A stretch of DNA of 64,000 nucleotides from positions 1,440,001-1,504,000 of the forward strand of contig CBDHHL010000032.1 of NCBI GenBank assembly GCA_965263355.1. The letters run 5' to 3'. The stretch is from Leptolyngbyaceae cyanobacterium. GTDB lineage: Bacteria; Cyanobacteriota; Cyanobacteriia; Phormidesmidales; Phormidesmidaceae. Both the position numbers and the translations under genes were made by a program. This document shows, piece after piece, positions 30,507 to 38,473 of this stretch. Every line of letters starts with the position of its first letter. Within the stretch, counting starts at the first letter, position 1. The notes under the pieces were generated by a model that was not told where the DNA came from, did no database searches, and worked only from the letters and a program-made list of their open reading frames with translations.

Positions 30507-31406
30507 TCACTCGATTACACTGATATAGAACAAAGCACCGCCGATTGGTTGGGAAATCCCTGCTGCTGCTTGTTCTTCACTGTATTCAATAACATCTTGT
30601 AGGGTGCTGAATTCAATTAGATCCTGACTTTGTAATTCAAACAAGATTTTGTCTAAACCATTTCGGTCGAGGGGCGGCTGTAACTTTTCTCGCAAATGAA
30701 AGATTGGTAGAAAATTGTCCGTATCTAATTGTTGATCCAGTATTCTAATAGTTTCTAGCACCGACTCTGGCGATATATCACTAACGTTGGCAATGATCTG
30801 AGAAGGTGCTAAATATTGTTTCTCTGTTAAACCAGATTGGTTTTTAGGAAAAATTTCAGCTATTTCAGACTTACCTAAAAACTGTCGTAGAAAAGATAGG
30901 TAGTTGCCCAACAGTGCAAACTTTAGATCAGCTCTAGGTTGAGTTGGCATATAGTCATGTAAGAGATAGCGAATGCCATCTTGGGTTAACCAGACATCTT
31001 TGATCTGATCTTTAGTGATCTGAATCAACCCTTGAGCATCAAGTTCATAAAGCAATCGGTGTCGATCTTCCGCTGGTACCTTCTTAGCTTGACTAGGTGT
31101 AGTATAGGATTTAGCTTGCGCTGCTTTTTGCAGTAGTTCTAACTTATGCGGAGATAAGGTTATAGATAACTGCTCGGGGTCTGAATTCAGCAAACTTTTA
31201 CCAGGTGGTTCTATCCGATATCGTTGTACTTCGTTTGCATACCCTATCAACCCCTTAGCACAGAGGCTCTCGCATGCTTTATTCCGTTTTGATGTATTGC
31301 CTACTTCAATTTTACTGATACGAGTTCGATAGTCTGGGATATTTCCCAACAACCGCAGCAAAAATTTTAATTCTATAGATTCTAATTTGAGCGAAGATAG
31401 ATCCAT
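30507..31406 (-). CDS. rcaD: RcaD-like multi-winged-helix DNA-binding protein
   Basis: ELKFLLRLLG, VWLTQDGIRYL, LDTDNFLPIFHLREKLQPPL, GISQPIGGALFYI recalled as RcaD-family motifs; ATG at 31406 preferred. Confidence 0.75.
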   Translation of the reverse strand: MDLSSLKLESIELKFLLRLLGNIPDYRTRISKIEVGNTSKRNKACESLCAKGLIGYANEVQRYRIEPPGKSLLNSDPEQLSITLSPHKLELLQKAAQAKSYTTPSQAKKVPAEDRHRLLYELDAQGLIQITKDQIKDVWLTQDGIRYLLHDYMPTQPRADLKFALLGNYLSFLRQFLGKSEIAEIFPKNQSGLTEKQYLAPSQIIANVSDISPESVLETIRILDQQLDTDNFLPIFHLREKLQPPLDRNGLDKILFELQSQDLIEFSTLQDVIEYSEEQAAAGISQPIGGALFYISVIE

Positions 31407-31684
31407 AGGATTTATGGTTTCGATAGCAATAGAACATTTCAATCAGCATAAAAAAATTAGAACTTCATAAATAGAAGGACTATTGCTTCTTGTATGAACT
31501 GATTATTCCCTATAGTTTATGAAGGTAGCTCAAACACGTCGAGGCTTCTTTATAAAAGCTATAAGATCTTGCGATAGTTCCATCTTTATGCGTCAAAGTC
31601 AAGCATTCATGGTAGCTGCTGTTTCAGCGTCATAGCCCATTCGGACGTCCCCAAATGGCTAAAGTAAGAAAAACCTCGTAAACG

Positions 31685-32287
31685 ATGGTCTACAGTGACT
31701 TTACAATCAATGCTATTAAAAGGCAGTTTGGGGTGGAGCTGATTGAAGATCAGGCGTTGTTTGCTAATGTTGAGTCCCAGATGCCGCCCCAGTGGTTATC
31801 GGACTTTTTAGAGATGCACCTACCCCTAGCTAACGCCATTGGCACAGAGAAAGCCAAGTCAGAATTTATTGTAGCTCCGATTTTATCGGCTGCTCGGGAG
31901 TTGTTAGAACGCCAGATTAGTTTGTTCTCTGGAATTGAGTTTACGGTGGATAAGGAGTAGGGGCTAACCGGACACTGTGATTAGATTCTTAGTCGGTCGC
32001 GATCGCAATACAGTCTCTCAGCCCCTGTCCTGACATTAGTCGAAACCAAAAATGGTCGTGCCAGATTAGGTCAATGCATGGTAGAAATGATTGCCGCAGA
32101 TCTGTTCAACCGCCAGGAAGAAAATGATCTTACAACAATCTTTGGCCGTGTTACCACAGGAGATCTGTGGCGGTTTCTAAAGCTTCAATGAGCAAATGAG
32201 CAAAAAACCATTTTCATCGACACCAAACAATACTTTGCGACAGAGGTAGACGAACTACTAGGAATCTTGAAAAACATAGTCTTATAG
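31685..32287 (+). pseudogene. Pseudogene of a cyanobacterial restriction-endonuclease-like hypothetical family
   Basis: One frame, MVYSDF..TEKAKSEFIVAPIL..GHCD..VETK..GQCMVEMIAA..VTTGDLWRFLKL, broken by three in-frame stops (first at 31958-31960). Confidence 0.8.
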
Positions 32288-32566
32288 GGACATGCTCTTG
32301 TGACTGTCTTTCCAGCTTAAAGCAACTGAAGCCATACATACAGAAGGTGTTGCTCAGGACTAAATAGAGCAGCAACAATTTCTGTGACAAAATCTTTTAG
32401 AGGAATACTCCCTGTTTGAAAGCTGAACTGACTAATCTTTAAATTGCGATCGCCCGTTGCCCAACCCGATGAACGAATTAACAAAATCAGTGAATTTCGG
32501 TCATTTTCCAGCCTACCCGTCATACTCAAAATGACCCAACGCAAACCCGACTGATCCCCCATTCCC

Positions 32567-34087
32567 ATGCAAGACTTCAACTGGAAAAAGCTCCAAAATG
32601 GCTCGGACATCCGTGGTGTTGCCATCGACGGCGTCCCTAACGAACCCGTCAACCTCACCCCAGAGGTAGCCCAGCGCCTCGGCCAGGCCTTTACCACCTG
32701 GCTCGCCACCAAACTCAGCAAACCTGCCACAGAACTCCAGCTCGCCGTCGGTCGTGATAGCCGCATCTCCGGTCCTACCCTGATGCAATGCGTCATGGAG
32801 GGTATTATGTCCCTCGGCGCAAACGTTTACGACTTTGCCATGGCCTCCACCCCTGCCATGTTTATGAGCACCGTCACCCCCGGCTTTGAATGCGATGGTG
32901 CCATCATGATGACCGCCAGCCACCTGCCCTACAACCGCAATGGCCTTAAGTTTTTTACGGCCCAAGGCGGCCTCGGTAAGTCAGATATCACCGAAATCCT
33001 TACCCTGGCTGAGCAAAATGACTTTACCCTAGTAGCCACAGCCGGGATCATTGAATCCCGAGACTTTATCTCCGTCTACGCCGACCAGCTAGTTGAGAAA
33101 ATCCGTACTGCCGTTAACCATCCCGACCACTTCGACCAGCCCTTAAAAGGACTCAACATCATCGTCGATGCCGGTAACGGCGCAGGGGGTTTCTATGCCA
33201 GTAAAGTTCTCGAACCCTTAGGCGCTGATACCACCGGCAGCCAGTTCCTAGAACCCGACGGCATGTTCCCTAACCATATTCCCAATCCCGAAAATCACGA
33301 TGCCATGGCCTCTATCTGCCAGGCCGTACTTACCCATAAAGCAGACTTCGGCATTATTTTCGACACCGATGTAGACCGCTCCGCCGCCGTCGATCACCAG
33401 GGTCAGGAACTCAATCGTAACCGCCTGATTGCCCTAATTTCTGCCATCGTACTACAAGAACACCCAGGCTCTACCATTGTTACCGACTCCATTACCTCCG
33501 ATGGACTGGCCCAGTTTATCGAACAAGACCTGAAGGGCAAACACCATCGCTTTAAGCGGGGCTACAAAAATGTTATTACTGAAGCCGTCCGTCTTAACCA
33601 AACCGGAGAAGACTCCTGGCTAGCCATCGAAACTTCAGGCCATGGAGCCATGCGGGAAAATTATTTTCTAGATGATGGCGCTTACCTGGTGAGTAAGCTG
33701 TTAATCGAGCTGGCCAAAACGAACCAGGTTGGCCGCTCGCTAACGGATTTAATCGCCACACTCAAAGAACCCAAGGAAAGTCGTGAGATCCGTATAAAGA
33801 TTGGTGTTAATGAGTTTAAGGCCTATGGCGAAAGTGTTATTGAACAATTAAAAACCTTTGTTGAAGCACAGGCTGGCTGGTCATTAGTGCCCAATAATTA
33901 TGAAGGTGTTCGTGTTGCCTGTTCATCCCCAGAAGAAGACGGTTGGTTTTTGTTGCGACTGTCTCTCCATGATCCTGTATTGCCCTTAAATATTGAATCA
34001 AATGTGGACGGCGGTGTGACTAAAATCATTGAACAATTGTTGACATTCTTTAATAATGTTGAATCTCTAGATTTAACCGCCTTCTAA
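32567..34087 (+). CDS. pgm: Phosphomannomutase/phosphoglucomutase
   Basis: NGSDIRG, catalytic TASH, metal loop FDTDVDR, ETSGH. Confidence 0.92.
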   Translation: MQDFNWKKLQNGSDIRGVAIDGVPNEPVNLTPEVAQRLGQAFTTWLATKLSKPATELQLAVGRDSRISGPTLMQCVMEGIMSLGANVYDFAMASTPAMFMSTVTPGFECDGAIMMTASHLPYNRNGLKFFTAQGGLGKSDITEILTLAEQNDFTLVATAGIIESRDFISVYADQLVEKIRTAVNHPDHFDQPLKGLNIIVDAGNGAGGFYASKVLEPLGADTTGSQFLEPDGMFPNHIPNPENHDAMASICQAVLTHKADFGIIFDTDVDRSAAVDHQGQELNRNRLIALISAIVLQEHPGSTIVTDSITSDGLAQFIEQDLKGKHHRFKRGYKNVITEAVRLNQTGEDSWLAIETSGHGAMRENYFLDDGAYLVSKLLIELAKTNQVGRSLTDLIATLKEPKESREIRIKIGVNEFKAYGESVIEQLKTFVEAQAGWSLVPNNYEGVRVACSSPEEDGWFLLRLSLHDPVLPLNIESNVDGGVTKIIEQLLTFFNNVESLDLTAF

Positions 34088-34132
34088 ACCATGGGATAAC
34101 TTTTCCCTTTTGGGAGGCTACAGTGTATACAC

Positions 34133-34160
34133 GTAGGGGTATTGGATGCAATACCCCTAC
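34133..34160. repeat. Perfect GTAG-type palindrome (REP or terminator-like) downstream of pgm
   Basis: GTAGGGGTATTG-GATG-CAATACCCCTAC, 12-bp stem. Confidence 0.7.
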
Positions 34161-34469
34161 CGGGGTAAACTTTGAAACGAATTTAAGGAATTAGGATTTG
34201 GTATCAAAATATTTTTATAGTGCCCCTATGGACTTTAATTACAGCCTTTTAAGAATTGCTGCTCAATACCGGATTAAAAAGTATCTTATAGTACATTTTG
34301 AGGGCTAATATTCTAGATAACTTGCGAGATTATTTTTTTCTCTTTACTTATATGTTTGTCCATTACAAACTTCGACTAATTGTTAGTTAACACAGCTTAT
34401 ATCAGTTTAAGTATTGGTCGATGTTGCTACTATGGCTTACGGGAACCCTAAAGTAAAAATAGGAGGACT

Positions 34470-34610
34470 ATGATGAACTTAGATGGACTAGGCGAAGAGC
34501 AAATACATACGCTCTTAATGTTAATCACCTTAAATATGATTGTATTTGCGGCACTAATTGTAAAAGTTCAGGCTGAAGTTGCTGTTTCAGGTATATGTGC
34601 TTTGTTCTAG
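34470..34610 (+). CDS. Putative 46-aa single-TM small protein, missing from the ORF track
   Basis: AGGAGG at 34461-34466, then ATGATG; MMNLDGLGEEQIHTLLMLITLNMIVFAALIVKVQAEVAVSGICALF*. Confidence 0.5.
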   Translation: MMNLDGLGEEQIHTLLMLITLNMIVFAALIVKVQAEVAVSGICALF

Positions 34611-34639
34611 CTCAATAGAAGAGTTGTGTCAGAGAAGAG

Positions 34640-35482
34640 TCACTGACTAACCTCCTGAGCCATTGTTGCTTGGGTATTGATGTGGTGGGTTGCAATTTCA
34701 CCACATGTGGTCAGCCAAACCTCTTCATAGGATTGAATATGATCAATCAGCCGCCCCAGCATTAACAATCGAGCCGGGCGGCCTATGATCTCAGGATGCA
34801 TGGTGAGAATAAACGCACTATTGTAGTGATAGAGACCTTCAAACTCTTCTTTCCAGAGTTGAAATGCTTTCTCACAGGTTTCGATCACCCCTCCACCAGT
34901 GGGCGGATCCACCGTGAACGCAAATTGTTCCCAATCATCATTGGTCCAGTGCACAGGAATCTCTACCAGACTGCCGCTATCGGTGGACAATGTGTAGGGC
35001 GCATCATCGTCCATTAAAGAAGAATCGTATTGCATTCCATGGCGCGCTAGTAAGGCCGGACTACTTTGCTTAAGATCCCACCAAGGCGCACGATAGCCAA
35101 CGGGCTTTTCACCCGTAATCTCCTTCAAAATTTGACAGGTCTTAACTAGAGCCGCTTCTTCTTCAAGATCATCTAAATCTGAAGGTTTATGATGTATGTA
35201 ACCATGTACACCAATCTCATGGCCTTCCTCATGGATACGCTTAACCAACTTTGGATATTGCTCTGCCGTATACCCTGGAACAAAGAAACTGGCCTTAACT
35301 TTCTTTTCCGCCAGCAAATCTAGAATGCGGGGCACGCCTACCTTAGGGCCATACCGTGCCCAGGATAGGGCCGATAGTCGCTCAGCATACTTTGGATTCA
35401 CCGCTAAGATTCCGGCTTCACCATCAACATCAAAGCTTAAAGCTGCTGCACATCGCTTTTCCGCAGGCCAAGGGTAAGACAT
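34640..35482 (-). CDS. Polysaccharide deacetylase family (CE4, PuuE/HpPgdA-like amidohydrolase)
   Basis: LSFDVD, YGPKVGVPRIL, HEIGVHGYIH, GYRAP, YDSSLM, MHPEIIGRP. Confidence 0.88.
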   Translation of the reverse strand: MSYPWPAEKRCAAALSFDVDGEAGILAVNPKYAERLSALSWARYGPKVGVPRILDLLAEKKVKASFFVPGYTAEQYPKLVKRIHEEGHEIGVHGYIHHKPSDLDDLEEEAALVKTCQILKEITGEKPVGYRAPWWDLKQSSPALLARHGMQYDSSLMDDDAPYTLSTDSGSLVEIPVHWTNDDWEQFAFTVDPPTGGGVIETCEKAFQLWKEEFEGLYHYNSAFILTMHPEIIGRPARLLMLGRLIDHIQSYEEVWLTTCGEIATHHINTQATMAQEVSQ

Positions 35483-35513
35483 TTGGCACCTTTTGTATCA
35501 TTCTAAGCTTTTT

Positions 35514-35557
35514 ACTATAGTTCAGAAAGCTATGGCTGTAGTGTTCTTTTTGTTACA
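35514..35557 (-). promoter_or_regulatory. Candidate NtcA-activated promoter of the deacetylase gene
   Basis: Minus strand reads TGTAACAAAAAGAACA (GTA-N8-AAC), then 23 nt later TATAGT (TAN3T). Confidence 0.55.
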
Positions 35558-36036
35558 AAACTAGGGGGTAATACTGAAGCTATTTGGAAGATCAGAATGA
35601 GGGAATTTTGATTTTGTGTACAGATGTTACATGCGAGGTCTCTCGATAAAAAATTTAAGCCTAATGTAAGTAAGTGGTCACAATTAGCTATCAGATATCG
35701 AAGTTCCCTTCAATGGCTACCGTGTTACCCATTTAAAGGATTGAACTGAACCGTAGCTCCAAATCCTGCATTAGCCCACTCTGCGAGAATAGCAAAGCTC
35801 TATGTCCTAAGTCCTTGTCATCAGGGGAGAATGACTTTGAGGCTAGTTCTCCTGATGAGAAGGGTATATGTGCACTAATGCATGGATTGCAGACCATTCT
35901 ATTAAACTATGTCGTTTACCTAATTAATTTAATTACTCAGGTAAGCGACATAGCTTGTTTAAGCTGACCATTTTTAAGTCACTGGTATCATCTACCGTAG
36001 GATCTATCCGCACAGAGCATGAGAGGGGGCAATCAA

Positions 36037-36798
36037 ATGCGACTGGATGGCAAGGTGAGTTTGATTACTGGTGCTGCTTCTGGCATCGGTCGGGCCACAG
36101 CTGAATGTTTTGCACGGGAAGGGGCAACTGTCATAGCAGTCGATGTTAACGCCGATGCAGCCCAGGCTACGCAAGAGAGCATTACAGCTGCTGGGGGCCA
36201 TTGCCTAGGGGTAGGGGTAGATGTCAGTGATGAAGAACAGGTGATGGGTGCGATCGCAGAAACCGTCCAAACCTTTGGTCGTCTCGACATTCTCTTTAAC
36301 AATGCAGGCATTTCTATTCTAAAACCGATCACCGAAACCACCGAAGCTGACCTGGATAAACTCTTAGGCGTCAACCTTAAAGGCGTTTTCTTTGGTTGTA
36401 AACACGCCATCATTCAGATGCGCACCCAGGGCGGTGGCATCATTATCAACACAGCGTCAGAATTAGGACTAGTAGGACAACCCCTCTACAGCGCTTACTG
36501 TGCCACTAAAGGCGGCGTACTCGCCCTAACCCGAGCCTTAGCCACCGAATGGGCAGCTCAGAATATTCGCATCAACGCCATCTGCCCCGGCCCCATTGAT
36601 ACCCCTATGATTCACGCAGAGTTTCATATCGGCAGCGATCCCATTGCAGAGGAGAAAACAGTCATCTCTACCATCCCTGCCGGACGATTGGGTAAACCAG
36701 ACGACATCGCCCGAGTGGCTTTGTTTTTAGCCACCAGCGATGCCGAATTTGTGCATGGAGCCGCCATTGTGGCAGACGGCGGCAAAACCATTATTTAA
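36037..36798 (+). CDS. SDR family NAD(P)-dependent oxidoreductase
   Basis: TGAASGIG, NNAG, YCATK, NAICPG. Confidence 0.92.
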   Translation: MRLDGKVSLITGAASGIGRATAECFAREGATVIAVDVNADAAQATQESITAAGGHCLGVGVDVSDEEQVMGAIAETVQTFGRLDILFNNAGISILKPITETTEADLDKLLGVNLKGVFFGCKHAIIQMRTQGGGIIINTASELGLVGQPLYSAYCATKGGVLALTRALATEWAAQNIRINAICPGPIDTPMIHAEFHIGSDPIAEEKTVISTIPAGRLGKPDDIARVALFLATSDAEFVHGAAIVADGGKTII

Positions 36799-36808
36799 AT
36801 AGGTCAGT

Positions 36809-37408
36809 TCAACCCGCCATTGAGTCGTGCCGAAACTCGTAAAACTTAAGCTTGCTATGAATGTTTTTCACATGTTTTTTGACTGTATTGACAGTAATAA
36901 ACAACTCAGCTGAAATTTCCTTGTAGCTGCGATCTGCCCGTCTCAGCAACCAAATCTCAGCCTCACGAGACGTTAAACCATACTTTTCCGCCTCTGTAAC
37001 CGCCAAGCTTTGAATAGAACGATGCTGATCCTCTAAAAGAATCAACACCAGCGGATGTTCATAAGCATCTAACTGCAGCCACCGGGCTCGAATCCGTAGT
37101 ACACTTAATCGCTTGTCACCGATTTCAGACTCAATCACCACAGGATTTTCAGGATATAGCTCACAGCTATCCAAAACCGCCTGATAGATTCGCTCAATTT
37201 CTCGGCTTATGTTCTGAAACTGGGTTTCATTGTGCGTAAACTTTTCAAGAACTTTTCGAGCATTGCTATTGATGTGAACAAACTCGCTCTGTTGGTTCAG
37301 AATCAAAATACCATCCATAAACCCTTCCAGCACCCCCTGCACTAAAACACTATCGAAATGACCACTATGAGTATTTAAATTTTTAAGTGCTTCTACGAAA
37401 GTATCCAT
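36809..37408 (-). CDS. LuxR-type HTH regulator with a PAS-like N-terminus
   Basis: LTSREAEI..SYKEISAELFITVNTVKKHVKNI; start uncertain (37408 or 37459). Confidence 0.85.
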   Translation of the reverse strand: MDTFVEALKNLNTHSGHFDSVLVQGVLEGFMDGILILNQQSEFVHINSNARKVLEKFTHNETQFQNISREIERIYQAVLDSCELYPENPVVIESEIGDKRLSVLRIRARWLQLDAYEHPLVLILLEDQHRSIQSLAVTEAEKYGLTSREAEIWLLRRADRSYKEISAELFITVNTVKKHVKNIHSKLKFYEFRHDSMAG

Positions 37409-37631
37409 CAGGCAGACTTCTCCTTGTTTTAACCTTGACCACATCCAGGACCAGGGCATTGCCGCAGAGAAAACGACAGGTTGAAACTTGGACGTGGTTT
37501 ATAAATCTGCTGCAGAACAGCACCATTTATTGGTAGGTGCAGGGCATTTCAGGCTATGCAGTTTGATCAAAAAAGTCTTACACAAAATAAACCCAAGTTC
37601 ATTTAAAAAATGACACTATGGGTTTAGTCAG

Positions 37632-37670
37632 AAAAAACGGTTGGACAGTACAATTGCACTCCAACCGTTT
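37632..37670 (-). terminator. Rho-independent terminator for the minus-strand gene ending at 37721
   Basis: AAACGGTTGGA..TCCAACCGTTT 11-bp stem running into a T tract on the minus strand. Confidence 0.6.
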
Positions 37671-37720
37671 CCTAAAAGAATTTTTTAGGCACAGATTGTA
37701 CTAATTTATATAGCTAATAT

Positions 37721-38224
37721 TCAAGCATTATCCTCTACAGGGGTGCATTCAAAAATGCGGTAGTGCTCATTGTCGTCTTTAATGACGGTTACGAATACAT
37801 CCACTTCTGCCTGAGTATTATCTTCTGCCTTGAAGGTTACACAAACAACAGTGCCACCATTATTTGAACCTATCAGCTTTGATCCAATTCGCTGTTTTAA
37901 CCCACCTCGATCTTTAGTATATTTCTCCCATTTTTCTTTGATTGTAAGTGGGGTTATCTCTTTCTGCTTAGAATAATCCAGCATATCCCAGGCCAACCCA
38001 TAATGGTCTTTACTTAGTTCATAAAAAAACTTTTCAGCGACCAATCTAGTAATCCATGGTTTCTCATTATCATCATTGTTTGGAAGCGATAGCTGAAACA
38101 TGTCTTTTGTGTCTGCCAAAATATTAAGCGTATTTTCGTCAGGGATCAGTCGATTGATCCATGGCCGTTCACCATTACCATTTTGGGGCCTTCTTACTCT
38201 TTCTTTCTTAAATCGCTGAAGCAT
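37721..38224 (-). CDS. Hypothetical protein (DUF3887/NTF2-like C-terminus, repeated N-terminal motif)
   Basis: GAGGAGG RBS region; ERPWINRLI and EKPWITRLV repeat; AEKFFYELSKDHYGLAWDML. Confidence 0.6.
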   Translation of the reverse strand: MLQRFKKERVRRPQNGNGERPWINRLIPDENTLNILADTKDMFQLSLPNNDDNEKPWITRLVAEKFFYELSKDHYGLAWDMLDYSKQKEITPLTIKEKWEKYTKDRGGLKQRIGSKLIGSNNGGTVVCVTFKAEDNTQAEVDVFVTVIKDDNEHYRIFECTPVEDNA

Positions 38225-38473
38225 TATCTGATTCCCTCCTGAGGATCTTAAAAAGAAGATGAGTGGTTATAGCCAAGGGGTGGTTTTCAAACCACTGCCT
38301 ATATATAGACTGAGACACTCAAAGCTTATGCAGTTCTCCGATGAGGTGACTTAGACGATTCTTAGCTAATTGTTTTGAGTCCATAACCGAATTCTAGAAA
38401 GAAATTTTGCTGAGGCTCAATGTTTTCAGAATCAATAGTATTTTCAAAATCTATTTGGATAGATCAGAGCATA

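Noticed and set aside
31958..32190. In-frame TAG/TAG/TGA as programmed readthrough or recoding
   Set aside because: Mixed stop types plus a small local duplication (AATGAGCA twice) fit ordinary pseudogene decay
32317..32965. Minus-strand ORFs of 150-159 aa
   Set aside because: Antisense to pgm; explained by codon bias. The same applies to most short nested ORFs in the track.
35664..35930. Possible second MITE (TAAGTAAGTGG..TTTACCTAATTA ends)
   Set aside because: Terminal complementarity is too weak to support without other copies
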